Assembly: GCA_038087875.1 (NCBI GenBank)
Contig: CM075977.1
Location: 30,442,001 to 30,506,000 of the forward strand
Direction of reading: 5' to 3'
Source of the DNA: Malacoraja senta
Taxonomy: Eukaryota
DNA: 64,000 nt
Below the pieces are notes generated by a model, which was not told the DNA's origin, ran no database searches, and saw only the letters and a program-made list of their open reading frames with translations. Shown here piece by piece: positions 12,472 to 24,990 of the stretch; positions within the stretch are counted from its first letter, which is position 1; every line of letters begins with the position of its first letter. Made by a program: the position numbers and the translations under genes.

Positions 12472-12719
12472 ATTCTGTGGGACATTCAGCACAGCTGGAA
12501 GACTAAACAGAGGATTTATCCAAAACAGATCGGGGCAAAGGGAGTTAGGATGGATATACACACACACAAATGCACAGAAGCACATAAGCACATGGGCACA
12601 TAAAAGAAAGCACAAATACAAATATACATGCACAAACACACACATACAAACACATATAAAAGATAGAATGATCTACAATGTATTTATGTACTTAACTGGA
12701 GATTAAAACATTATTAAAT

Positions 12720-13352
12720 GACTTTCCCTTGCAACTGCAAGAAATGCTACACTTGTCGCTTTACCTCCCCCCTTGACTCCATTCAAGGACCCAAGCAGTC
12801 TTTCCAGGTGCAGCAGAGGTTCACCTGCACCTCCTCCAACCTCATCTATTGCATTTGCTGCTCTAGATGTCAGTTGCTGTACATCGGTGAGACCAAACGT
12901 AGGATTGGCGATCGCTTCGCCGAACACCTCGTTTGGTTCGCAATAACCAACCTGAGCTCCCGGTGGCTCAGCACTTCAACACCCCCTCCAATTCCGAATC
13001 CGACCTTTCTGTCCTGGGCGTCCTCCATGGCCAGAGTGAGGACCACCGTAAATTGGAGGAGCAGCATCTCATATTTCGCTTGGGCAGTTTGCACCCCAGC
13101 GGTATGAACATTGACTTCTCTAATTTCAGGTAGTCCTTACTTTCTCCTCCCCTTCTCAGCTCTCCCTCAGCCCACTGGCTCCACCTCTTCCTTTCTTCCT
13201 CCTGCTCCCCCCACCCTCTCATCAGTCTGAAGAAGGGTTTCGACCCGAAAAGTTGCCTATTTCCTTCGCTCCATAGATGCTGCCTCACCTGTTGAGTTTC
13301 TCCAGCATTGTTGTCTACCTTCGATTTTCCAGCATCTGCAGTTCCTTCTTAA
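12720..13352 (+). mobile_element. Penelope-like retroelement 3' part: GIY-YIG endonuclease (frameshifted) plus 3' tail
   Basis: CNCKKCYTC...NLIYCICCSRCQLLYIGETKRRIGDRFAEH, then VAQHFN...RKLEEQHLIFRLGSLHPSGMN. Confidence 0.9.
13227..13254 (+). ncRNA. Minimal type I hammerhead-ribozyme-like motif in the PLE tail
   Basis: CTGAAGA core, stem II GGGT-TTCG-ACCC, GAAA; stem I weak and stem III mutated in this copy. Confidence 0.45.
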
Positions 13353-14164
13353 ACATTAAATGACATGACATATTTTTGCACAAAACCAAAGACATAGAAA
13401 TCCTGGAAAATAAAAGCTATCCATCGGACTTGGTTTATGTTTAATTGAAATGATGAGTGTTCAACAGATTGAAACAGAAATCAGTAACACGGAAAAACTG
13501 AGCTGATTCCAGCTGCCCGACAGAAGGAACTAGCAGGCTACACAGGGTGTGCAATCTATCCCAGCAATAGGTGTCCCAGCAGAGGATCCTCAGCCCAAGC
13601 AGTGACAATTTTCACTCATACCAGCATCTACATCAGATAAAACGGGCTTCAGTACAGCAGGGAATTGAGTTTTCTCTTACACAAGGCTATTAGTGTCATA
13701 TATTAGAACTCCTGGGCAAAACAGTAGCTGTTTGACTGAAGCTATTAATGGTTTATCAATTCATAAACAGTAACAATGCAATTTGTGTAATGTAGTACTC
13801 GTGGGCACAGAATGTACAGGGTATTTCTAAATCGATGACTGCCCTTTTCTCACAGTAACTTCACTCGAATTTTCAACTGGTCTTGCCAAGTACTTGCAAA
13901 CCTTTGTGCCAGTCATTTGCTGATATGTTACAGAATCCCGAAATGTTCAGAGGACAAGTCGCCAGTGAATAGCAAAATCCTCTTGGGTTCCAGTGCTAAT
14001 GCACCACAGTGTAAAATAGAGGAAGGAATTCTGATGAAGACAAAAATACAGCCAAAACAGAAAATAGTTTTGCAGCATGTCACATCAGAATTCTCATCAT
14101 ATTGTGCATCAGAATATACCAGCAGGATTAAAGGAATAAAACGTATCAGACAGAGGAACTACTA

Positions 14165-15005
14165 ATGAAGCTGGAATCTTGCATAGAACACAAAGTGCTG
14201 GCGTAACTCAATGGGTCAAGCAGCGTCTCTGGAGGACATGGATAGACAATGTTTTGGCTCAGGATCCTTCTTTTGTCATCTCTGCCTCCGAGCCTTTCTA
14301 TCTGGGAAGATCTCACCTTGCAGTGATGACCCCTTTTCCCATCTCCAACATTCCTCCTCCTCCTCATGGACTCCTCCATACTCTCCCTTCTCTGGACCAT
14401 TTTATTTCCAACCTCCTTATATCTGGTATTGACCCTCACCTCACGGACGAAGAGCGGGCCACCGTATCCTAGTCTCATCATCTCTAGTGATCTCCCATCC
14501 ACAATCTCCAACCTTATAGTTCCCCAGCCCCGTATTGCCTATTTCTATCTCTTTCCCAAAATTCATAAACAGGACTGCCCTGCAGTCCCAATGTTTCTAC
14601 CTGCTCCGGCCCCAGAGAAATAAACTCTAAATTCCTCGATTCCATTATGACCCGCCTTGCCCTTTCCCTTTCGACCTACATCCGAGACATCTCAGAAGCT
14701 CTTCAACACTTCAATAACTTTCAATTTCAAGGCCTAATTTTTACCATGGACATCCAGTACCTTTACACCTTCTTTCCCATCCACAAAAGTGTCCTCCGGG
14801 GTCACCTTCTTTACACCTTCTTTCCCTACCACAAAAGTGTCTTCAGGGTCCTCCAGTTCTTCCTTGAACAAGACCCAATCAATTTCCCTCTACTAACACT
14901 CTCCTCCACCTGGCAGGACCAAGGTGATATGGAGGGAGTGGTCTTAATGGAGAGCAGAAAGGGCTGGGACAGGAAGATATGACTGGTGGTGGGATCATGT
15001 TGCAT
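14165..15005 (+). mobile_element. Degraded Penelope-like RT fragment flanked by inverted PLE pieces
   Basis: FYLFPKIHKQDCP and IFTMDIQYLYT motifs; PLE tail in reverse orientation at 14165-14270. Confidence 0.75.
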
Positions 15006-15037
15006 GTGAAACTACTGCTCTACCAACACTTCCAATG

Positions 15038-15236
15038 TGTTAGACACGAAGTGCTGAAGTAACTCGGCATGTCAGGCAGCATCTCTTGAGAAAACAGATG
15101 GTCAGAAAAAACATTTCAGTTCGGAAACCTTCTTCAGACTCATACTCCCCAGAGATGCTGCCTGACTCGTTGAATTACTCCAACTCTTTGTGTCAATCTA
15201 CAGTATAAACCAGCATCTGCAGTTCCTTTCTACACA
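15038..15236. mobile_element. Fold-back PLE-tail element
   Basis: Inverted arms GGCAGCATCTCT / AGAGATGCTGCC plus a 3' extension GCATCTGCAGTTCC. Confidence 0.7.
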
Positions 15237-15783
15237 CTTCCAATGTGTTGCACTGAAAGACGTTAGTGAACTAGATAAGCTTTAACACCAATCATAACTA
15301 TTAGTTAAGTTGGTATTCTAATTTATCTAATTGCAGATTTATTGCAGATTTTGTATAATTAGTTGAATTTAACTTTCTCTCTTGGCTTAGTAAGATTTAA
15401 ACCCATGATAAGATCAACAATGTAGAACTCTGGGAGGTAATCCATTGATTTCCTCTCCGAATTACTGTGCAACCTGTTTGAAGAAGATTATGAATGAACT
15501 CGTCATCTCTGGGGACTCGCATGATTGAAAGTCCAGCGTTAATGAGATTTCACCTGGGCAAAGTGCTGGAGGGCTTCTGGTGCATATAAACATTGACTGA
15601 GTCAGCACCTCTGTTCAACAAATGGTTGAGGAACACATTTTAACCTGTAGGAATAGGTGTTGAGGTATGCTCTGAAGCTTGGTGCAGCCAACACAACGGA
15701 CCTATGGGGGAAGTGTATAATCTAAAGTCCTGTTCCCATTGGACACTGAGGGGCTGCGTCCTGTGCAACAGGCTCACAAAGAG

Positions 15784-17008
15784 GGTGGCACGGTGGCGCA
15801 GCGGTAGAGTTGCTGCCTTAGAAACATAGAAAATAGGTACAGGAGGAGGCCATTCGGCCCTTCAAGCCAGCACCGCCATTCATTGTGATCATGGCTGATC
15901 GTCCCCAATCAATAACCCGTGCCTGCCTTCTCCCCATATCCCTTGACTACACTAGCCCCTAGAGCTCTATCTAACTCTCTCTTAAATCCATCCAGTGATT
16001 TGGCCTCCACTGCCCTCTGTGGCAGGGAATTCCATAAATTCACAACTCTCTGGGTGAAAACGTTTTTTCTCACCTCAGTCTTAAATGACCTTCCCTTTAT
16101 TCTAAGACTGTGGCCCCTGGTTCTGGACTTGCCCCACATTGGGAACATTTTCCCTGCATCTAGCTTGTCCAGTCCTTTTATAATTTTATATGTTTCTATA
16201 AGATCCCCCCTCATCCTTCTAAACTCCAGTGAATACAAGCCTAGTCTTTTCAATCTTTCCTCATAAGACAGGCCCGCCATCCCAGAGATCAATCTTGTGA
16301 ACCTACGCTGCACTGCCTCAATCACAAGGATGTCCTTCCTCAAATTAGGAGACCAAAACTGTACACAATACTCCAGATGTGGTCTCACCAGAGCCCTATA
16401 CAACTGCAGAAGAACCTCTTTAATCCTATACTGAAATCCTCTTGTTATGAAGGCCAACATTCCATTAGCTTTCTTCACTGCCTGTTGTACCTGCACGCCA
16501 ACTTTCAGTGACTGGTGTACAAGGACACCCAGGTCTCGCTGTACCTCCCCCTTACCTAACGTAACCCCATTGAGATAATAATCTGCCCCCTTGTTTTTGC
16601 CGCCAAAGTGGATAACCTCACATTCACGCATCTCCCCACTCACTCAAACTGTCCAGGTCACTCTGCAACCTCCTAACATCCTCTTCACAGTTCACACTGC
16701 CACCTAGCTTTGTGTCATCCTTATAGCACTTGCAGCTCCGGAGACCTGGGTTCGATCCCGACTACGGGTGCTGTCTGTACGGAGTTTGTACCTTTTCCCC
16801 GTGGGTTTCTCTGAGATCTTCGTTTTCCTCCCACACTCCAAAGATGTTCAGGTTTGTGGGTTAATTGGCTTGGGTTTGTATACTTGCTATAAGTGTAAAT
16901 TGTCCCTAGTGTGTGTAGGCTTGCGTTAATATGCGGGGATCGCTGGTCAGTGCAGACTCGCTGAGCCGAAGGGCCTGTTGCCTCGCGGTATTTCTAAACT
17001 AAACTAAA
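15784..17008 (+). mobile_element. V-SINE (HE1-like) split by a CR1 insertion (arms 15784-15820 and 16719-17008)
   Basis: A-box GGTGGCGCAGCGG before the insertion, B-box GGTTCGATCCC after it; TSD CCTTA; (CTAAA)n tail. Confidence 0.85.
15821..16718 (-). mobile_element. CR1 LINE 3' part, 5'-truncated
   Basis: ORF 15909..16643 is the CR1 RT C-terminus; TSD CCTTA (15816-15820 / 16719-16723). Confidence 0.92.
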
Positions 17009-17184
17009 TACTTGACGGGCATGGGATTTCAAAGAGGTCACATGAGTGGCATTCATGCCTTGCATATAGTATTGCCAAATACAATCTATGAATATATAGA
17101 TATGACAACAGTATGAATATAAAGAAAGCCACATTGTGATTTTGTGTCTCTTGCATATGTCATTTATGAATATTTTTTTTTTTG

Positions 17185-17392
17185 ATTGGAGATACAGGGT
17201 GGAAACAGACCCTTCGGCACTCCGAGCCCAGGCCGATTATTGATCACCCATACACTAGTTCCATGCTATCCCACCCTACACGCTAGGGACAATTTAGAGT
17301 CGCAGAGAAATCATGCAAATGCCACACAGACAGCACCCACAGATCTCTGGCGCTGTGAGACAGCAGCTCTACCACTGTGTCACTGTGCCACT
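17185..17392 (-). mobile_element. V-SINE fragment
   Basis: Reverse complement begins GTGGCACAGTGACACAGTGGTAGAGCTGCTGTCTCACAGCGCCAGAGA. Confidence 0.6.
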
Positions 17393-17423
17393 CTTTTTAA
17401 AGTAAAATGCCCAAAGGGTTAAA

Positions 17424-17638
17424 GAAGGTAGACAAAAATCCTGAAGAAACTCAGCGGGTGAGGCAGCATCTATGCAGCAAAGGAATAGGTGACATTTCGG
17501 GTCGAGACACTTGAAGAAGGGTCTCGACCTGAAACGTCACCTATTCCTTCACTTCATAGATGCTGCCTCACCCGCTGAGTTTCTCCAGCATTGTTGTCTA
17601 CCTTTGATTTTTCCAGCATCTGCAGTTCTTTCTTAAAC
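17424..17638. mobile_element. Fold-back PLE-tail element with hammerhead-like motif at the axis
   Basis: ~85 bp inverted arms (about 17424-17508 and 17520-17605), TGAAGAAGGGTCTCGACCTGAAACGTC, one-sided 3' extension. Confidence 0.8.
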
Positions 17639-18445
17639 CAAGGGGTAAAGAAAATGAGGAGGAATGCTGCAATTCATACATTTCAGTAAAACAGTTTATG
17701 GAGACCCTTCCATAAATCGAATGGAATTCAGTATTTTTAATTTGAGAACAAATTGATCAAAACTGAAGTGATCTCTGGTCATTGGCAAATTTCAAAAAGA
17801 GGAAATGAGCAGATAGCATCAATGGTGCCAAGACAGCTAATAATACACAAGAATGCAAAGGTTAGGTGTTAACACAAGATCTACATTTTCCTGGTTTGAA
17901 TGAAAGGATAGATCAAATTTATAATTCTCAGTGATATCGTCATACTACAGCAGAAGAATATTAAGTACGTACTTGCACACACCCTCTGTTGTTGACCTGG
18001 AACATGTCAAAGCCATGAATAACTATTTCCGACTTATAATCATGGCATACTTTTTGCTTAGGAGATCAACATTTCAATCACATCCATAAGATAAATAATA
18101 ATTACCCAAAATTGATTGCATTTAAGCCTTATTCAAGGTCAGGATACATCAATGATAGTTTAGCTGCCAGTCTTGTGAGACCTTCAATTTAAATAAACAG
18201 AGCTTGGCATTTTGATTGAAAAACCCATCACTGCCTTGTTGATTGAGTTCTATTCACAGGCATATGACCAGGATGTGAAAAGTATGTAAAAATGAAATCA
18301 AAGTACGAGTCCTCATCTTAACTCTCTTGGAGGCTCTTTTCTGAAAATATATTGTTGCATCAGAAAGACCCTTGCACTGTTTTAGACTAGATTTGAAGGC
18401 AGCACAATCCTTCAAATATTATTTAGACAGTCAGTGTAGAAAACA

Positions 18446-18753
18446 GCGGCACAGTGGCGCAATTAGTAGAGCTGCTGCTTCACAGCGCCAGAGACCTGGG
18501 TTCGTTCCTGACCTCGGGTGATTCTGTATCGGGTTTTTACGTTCTCCCTGTGAATGTGTGGGTTTTCTCTGAGAGTTCCAGTCTCCTCCCACACCCAAAG
18601 ACTTGCAGTTTTGTAGGTTAATTGGTGTCTGTAAATTGTCCCAGGGTGTGTGGAGAATGGATGAAAAGGTGGAATAATAGAACTAGTATAAACAGATAAT
18701 CGCTGGTCGACGTGGGCTCGGTGAATCAAAGGACCAGTTTTATGCTGTATCTC
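18446..18753 (+). mobile_element. V-SINE (HE1-like)
   Basis: tRNA-like head with A and B boxes, V domain, CR1-like tail. Confidence 0.8.
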
Positions 18754-18821
18754 TACTGGATTATTGAAGACAATTTGGACCTACAGCCACTATTATGTGT
18801 GAATCAACAACTTTAAAAAAA

Positions 18822-18943
18822 ATAGATTAAAAAGCTGGAGAACTCAGCGGGTGAGGCAGCATCCATGGAGCGAATGAATAGGAGACGTTTCGGGTCGAGA
18901 CCATTCTTCAGACTTTTCCAGCGTCTGCAGTTCTTTCTTAAAC
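18822..18943. mobile_element. PLE-tail element with an inverted short tail
   Basis: Reverse complement GTCTGAAGAATGGTCTCGACCCGAAACGTC, followed by the forward tail CCAGCGTCTGCAGTTCTTTCTTAAAC. Confidence 0.75.
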
Positions 18944-20005
18944 TTAAAAAGTAGGTTCAGTTACAATTGTGCATCCTGCTACAGTGAAGAGTTTAGTTTC
19001 CCTTACCTAAAAAAGGATATGAAAGCATTGGAGGCACCAAAGGAGATTCACCAAGCTAACTCCTAGGATGAGGGTTGTCCCATTAACAGAGGCTAGGCTG
19101 TTTGGATCTGTATTCTTCAGAGTGCAAAAGGATGAGGGGTGATTTTATTGAGCCAGAAAGGTTTCTGACAGAGTAGATGTTGAGATGTTTCCCCCATTGT
19201 GAGGATCCCAAATGACATTATATAAGATATAGGGGCCAGTTGTTTTAAAACAGAGGTGCTTGGAATGTACTTATAGTAGAGGGTGGTGAATATCTAGGAT
19301 TCTCTACACCACAGGGTAAAGAGGCCCTTCAGCCCACTTGTGCACACAGGCCAACAATGTCCCAGCCACACTAGTCCCACTTGCCTGTGCTTGGTCCATA
19401 TCCCTCCAAACCTCTCCTATCCATGTAGCTGTCTAACTGTTTCTTAAACGATGGGATAGTCCCAGCCTCAACTGCTTGGCAGCTTCTTCCATACACCCAC
19501 CACCCATTGTGTGAAAGAGTTACCCCTCAGATTCCTATTAAATCATTTCCCCTTCACCTTGAAACTATGTCCTCTGATCCTCGATTCCCCTACTCTGGGC
19601 AAGAGACTGTGCTTCTACCTGATCTATTCCTCCCATGATTTTGTACAACTCTATAAGATCACCCCTCACCCTCCTGCGCTCCAAGGAATAGAGACCCAGC
19701 CTACTCTAGTCCTGGCCCTAGGCTATTCCACTTGTGAGGTCCCTCCCAATCTCCCACCCCCATGATGAGAGGAAGATGGAAGAGTCCACCAGATTGACAC
19801 CGTGCTGCCGAGCGTGGCAAATGAGATAAGGGCTGGAAAGCTGCACTTTTTATTTATTGCCAGTGCTAGTGTCGAGTTATCAGCTTAAAACACTATTATT
19901 CTGAAATGGAGGGCAAGGAAAATAACTGAAGGGTTGTTTAGAGACTACAGTGCGTTGTGGCAGCATATATAAGAAAGGCCTATGACAGTCAAAAATATTA
20001 TACAC

Positions 20006-20224
20006 CAGGCCCGTACAAAGCTTTTCAAAAAGGGGGGTGGCATGGCAGGATTACAAAAAAATATGTGAAATAAGTGCACGCAGCGCATATCACAAGCGCA
20101 AAGCTGAAAGACCCTTGCGGCCAGAGTCCAGGGTCCGCTTAAGGGCCCTGGAAGCACTGGGGTTTTAGATGCTCTCTGGTGCATTCTGAGCCTTATTTTG
20201 GAGCATTTTTGCACCAAATTTATG
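20006..20224. mobile_element. Probable non-autonomous DNA transposon end (hAT-like CAGGCCCG start), interrupted by CR1
   Basis: Starts CAGGCCCGTAC; sequence continues after TSD AAATTTATG at 26219. Confidence 0.35.
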
Positions 20225-20347
20225 TAAGGGAAATCATGCTTGACTAATCTTCTGGAATTTTTTAAGGATGTGACAAGTAAAATGGATGACGGGGTGCCAG
20301 TGGATGTAGTGTATCTAGACTTTCAGAAAGCCTTTGATAAGGATAAG

Positions 20348-20537
20348 AGAGGGAGGAGCTACACCCGAGCGGTAGGAGTTAAAGAGGAGCGCGGGGCTTG
20401 CTTCTACAGAGGCCCGAGAGCCGTTGGAGAGGTCGCAGAGGGAGGAGCTACACCCGAGCGGTAGGAGTTAAAGAGGAGCGCGGGGCTTGCTTCTACAGAG
20501 GCCCGAGAGCCGTTGGAGAGGTCGCAGAGGGAGGAGG
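20348..20537 (+). repeat. 89 bp tandem duplication in the CR1 5'UTR
   Basis: CTACACCCGAGCGG occurs at 20359 and 20448. Confidence 0.9.
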
Positions 20538-20678
20538 AACCAAAATCTGCAACGTTCCAAGTTCCACTTCAAAAACAAGTGGGCTTAAGGAAGCCGCTGA
20601 TTGGTGGAAGCAGACAAGAGGGAGCAGCTGATTGGGAGTCAGATCCCTGCTGATTGTACTGTATTGTAGCAGTTTGTT

Positions 20679-21891
20679 TTGTATTGTATCCAGGGTAAGG
20701 GGAGTATGAGGGCCAGGGCAGTTTACTGTTCTGGATGTCAGATGTATTGTATCCAGGGTAAGGGGAGTATGAGGGCCAGGGCAGTTTACTGTTCTGGATG
20801 TCAGATGTATTGTATCCAGGGTAAGGGGAGTTTGAGGGCCAGGGCAGTTTACTGTTCTGGATGTCAGATGTATTGTATCCAGGGTAAGGGGAGTATGAGG
20901 GCCAGGGCAGTTTACTGTTCTGGATGTCAGATGTATTGTATCCAGGGTAAGGGGAGTTTGAGGGCCAGGGCAGTTTACTGTTCTGGATGTCAGATGTGGG
21001 AAGTCATGGAGTCTGATAGCCCTCCAGACGTCCACATCTGCGCCAGGTGCATCGAGATGGGGCTCCTAAGGGACCGTATTAGGAACCTGGAGCAGCAGCT
21101 CGATGACCTCCATCTGGTCAGGGAGAGCGAGGAAGTCATTGAGAGGAGTTACGGGGATGTGGTCACTCCAAGACCACAGGAGGCAGGCAAGTGGATCACG
21201 GTTGGGAGAGGCAAGGGGCACAGGCAGGGACTAGAGAGTACCCCGGTGGCTGTACACGTTGACAATAAGTACTCCTGTTTGAGCACTGTTGGGGGGGACA
21301 GCCTACCTGGGGGTAGCGACAGCGGCCGGGCCTCCGGTATAGAGACTGGCCCTGTTGCTCAGAAGGGTAAGGAAAAGAAGAGGAGGGCAATACTAATAAA
21401 GGACTATAGTTAGGGGGTCAGACAGGCGATTCTGTGGACGCAGTCGGGAGACCCGGATGGTAGTTTGCCTCCCTGGTGCCAGGGTCTGTGATGTGTCTCA
21501 ACGTGTCCAAGATATCCTGAAAGGGCAGGGAGAGGAGCCTGAGGTCGTGGTACATATAGGTACGAATGACATAGGTAAAAAAAGAGAAGAGGTCCTGAAA
21601 GGAGAATTTAGGGAGTTAGGAGGGGAGTTAAAGAGAAGGACAGCAAAGGTAACAATCTCGGGATTACTGCCTGTGCCACGCGACAGTGAGAGTAGGAATG
21701 GAGCGAGGTGGAGGATAAATGCGTGGCTGAAGGACTGGTGCAGAAGGCAGGGATTCAAATTTCTGGATCATTGGGACTTCTTTTGTGGAAGGTTCGACCT
21801 GTACAAAAAGGATGGGTTGCACTTGAACCTGAGGGGGACCGATATCCTGGCGGGGAGATCTGCAAAGGCTACTGGGGAGACTTTAAACTAG
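20679..21891 (+). pseudogene. CR1 ORF1 (Cys finger, coiled coil, SGNH esterase), frameshifted near 21405
   Basis: CSGC..MWEV..ICARC, LRDRIRNLEQQL, CLPGARV, HIGTNDIG, DGLHLN; the expected GDS motif is disrupted. Confidence 0.85.
20680..20997 (+). repeat. 63 bp tandem repeat x5 spanning the ORF1 start
   Basis: Unit TGTATTGTATCCAGGGTAAGGGGAGT(A/T)TGAGGGCCAGGGCAGTTTACTGTTCTGGATGTCAGA. Confidence 0.95.
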
Positions 21892-22070
21892 AATGGTTGG
21901 GGGGAGGGACTCAAATAGAGAATGCTATTAGACAGTGTGTGAGGCAGGAGGCAGAGAAGGAAAGCACTCAGACCCAACATGTAGGGGGGAAAGAAGAAAA
22001 CAATAATAAACAGAGAATAAGAGGTGGTGGGGTTCTTAAATGGGTGAGCAGAGAAACAGAGGGGTGTAAA

Positions 22071-24990
22071 ATGCGGGCGGAAGCAATAGGTAGCAAGGTG
22101 AAAAGTAAAAGTGGCAGGCAGACAAATCCAGGGCAAAAATCAAAAAGGGCCACTTTTCAACATAATTGTATAAGGGGTAAGAGCGTTGTAAAAACAAGCC
22201 TGAAGGCTTTGTGTCTCAATGCAAGGAGCATTCGTAATAAGGTGGATGAGTTGAACGTGCAGATAGCAATTAATGATTATGATATAGTTGGGATCACGGA
22301 GACATGGCTCCAGGGTGACCAACGCTGGGAGCTGAACATCCAGGGATATTCAATATTCAGGAGGGATAGAGAGAAAGGAAAAGGAGGTGGGGTAGCGTTG
22401 CTGGTTAGAGAGGAGATTAACGCAGTGGAAAGGAAGGACATTAGCTTGGAGGATGTGGAATCGGTATGGGTAGAGCTGCGAAACACTAAGGGGCAGAAAA
22501 CGCTGGTGGGTGTTGTGTACAGGCCACCTAGCAGTAGTAGTGAAGTTGGGGATGGCATCAAACAGGAAATTAGAAATGCGTGCAACAAAGGCAAAACAGT
22601 TATAATGGGTGACTTCAATCTACATATAGATTGGGTGAATCAAATTGGCAGGGGTGCTGAGGAAGAGGATTTCTTGGAATGTATGCGGGATAGTTATCTA
22701 AACCAACATGTAGAGGAACCAACGAGAGAGCAGGCTATTCTAGACTGGGTATTGAGTAATGAGGAAGGGTTAGTTAGCAGTCTTGTTGTGCGTGCCCCCT
22801 TGGGCAAGAGTGACCATAATATGGTTGAGTTCTTCATTAGGATGGAGAGTGACATTGTTAATTCAGAAACAACGGTTCTGAACTTAAAGAAAGGTAACTT
22901 TGAGGGTATGAGACGTGAATTGGCCAAGATTGACTGGCAATTAGTTCTAAAAGGGTTGACGGTGGATATGCAATGGAAGGCATTTAAAGACTGCATGGAT
23001 GAACTACAAAAATTGTTCATCCCAGTTTGGCAAAAGAATAAATCAGGGAAGGTAGTGCATCCGTGGATAACAAGGGAAATCAGGGATAGTATCAAAGCAA
23101 AAGATGATGCGTACAAATTAGCCAGAAAAAGCAGCATACCAGAGGACTGGGAGAAATTCAGAGACCAGCAGAGGAGGACAAAGGGCTTAATTAGGAAAGG
23201 GAAAATAGATTATGAAAGGAAACTGGCAGAGAACATAAAAACAGACTGCAAACGTTTTTATAGATATGTGAAGAGAAAGAGATTAGTTAAAACAAATGTA
23301 GGTCCCTTGCAGTCAGAAACAGGTGAATTGATCATGGGGAACAAGGATATGGCGGACCAATTGAATAACTACTTTGGTTCCGTCTTCACTAAGGAAGACA
23401 TAAATAATCTGCCGGAAATAGCAGGGGGCCGCGGGTCAAAGGAGATGGAGGAACTGAGTGAAATCCAGGTTAGTCGGGAAGTGGTGTTGGGTAAATTGAA
23501 TGGATTAAAGGCCGATATATCACCAGGGCCAGATAGGCTGCATCCCAGAGTACTTAAGGAAGTAGCTCCAGAAATAGTGGATGCATTAGTGATAATTTTT
23601 CAAAACTCTTTAAATTCTGGAGTAGTTCCTGAGGATTGGAGGGTAGCAAACGTAACCCCACTTTTTAAGAAGGGAGGGAGAGAGAAAATGGGGAATTACA
23701 GACCAGTTATTCTAACATCGGTAGTGGGGAAACTGCTAGTCAGTTATTAAAGATGGGATAGCAGCACATTTGGAAAGTGGTGAAATCATTGGACAAAGTC
23801 AGCATGGATTTACGAAAGGTAAATCGTGTCTGACGAATCTTATAGAATTTTTCGAGGATGTAACTAGCAGAGTGGATAGGGGAGAACCAGTGGATGTGTT
23901 GTATCTGGACTTTCAGAAGGCTTTCGACAAGGTACCACATAAGAGATTAGGATACAAACTTAAATCACACGGTATTGGGGGTTCAGTATTGATGTGGATA
24001 GAGAACTGGCTGGCAAACAGGAAGCATAGAGTAGGAGTAAACGGGTCCTTTTCACAATGGCAGGCAGTGACTAGTGGGGTACCGCAAGGCTCAGTGCTGG
24101 GACCCCAGCTATTTACAATTTATATTAATGAACTGGATGAGGGAATTGAAAGCAACATCTCCAAGTAAGCTGGGGGGCAGTGTTAGCTGTGAGGAGGATG
24201 CTAGGAGACTGCAAGGTGACTTGGATAGGCTGGGTGAGTGGGCAAATGTTTGGCAGATGCAGTATAATGTGGATAAATGTGAGGTTATCCACTTTGGTGG
24301 CAAAAACGGGAAGGCAGACTATTATCTAAATGGTGGCCGATTAGGAAATGGGGAGATGCAGCGAGACCTGGGTGTCATGGTACACCAGTCATTGAAAGTA
24401 GGCATGCAGGTGCAGCAGCCAGTGAAGAAAGCGAATGGTATGTTGGCCTTCATAGCAAGAGGATTTGAGTATAGGAGCAGGGAGGTGCTACTGCAGTTGT
24501 ACAGGGTCTTGGTGAGACCACACCTGGAGTATTGCGTACAGTTTTGGTCTCCAAATCTGAGGAAGGACATTATAGCCATAGAGGGAGTGCAGAGAAGGTT
24601 CACCAGACTGATTCCTGGGATGTCAGGACTTTCATATGAAGAAAGACTGGATAGACTTGGCATACTCGCTAGAATTTAGGAGATTGAGAGGGGATCTTAT
24701 AGAAACGTACAAAATTCTTATTGGGTTGGACAGGCTAGATGCAGGAAGATTTTTCCCGATGTTGGGGAAGTCCAGGACAAGGGGTCACAGTTTAAGGATA
24801 AGGGGGAAATCCTTTAAGACCGAGATGAGGAAAAACGTTTTCACACAGAGAGTGGTGAATCTCTGGAACTCTCTGCCACAGAGGGTAGTTGAGGCCAGTT
24901 CATTGGCTATATTTAAGAGGGAGTTAGCTGTGGCCCTTGTGGCTTAGGGGATCAGGGGGTATGGAGAGAAGGCAGGTACGCGATACTGAG
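22071..24990 (+). pseudogene. CR1 ORF2 (APE endonuclease plus RT) with frameshifts
   Basis: LNARSI, GITETWL, MGDFN, ILDWV, GKSDH; frameshift near 23740, FADDT deleted near 24166, frameshift near 24662. Confidence 0.9.

Noticed and set aside
15784-15820. tRNA gene
   Set aside because: The A and B boxes belong to a SINE head followed by a V domain; there is no complete cloverleaf.
20680-20997. 63 bp (and 20 bp at 38494) repeats as a CRISPR array
   Set aside because: Head-to-tail units with no unique spacers, in a eukaryotic context with no cas genes.
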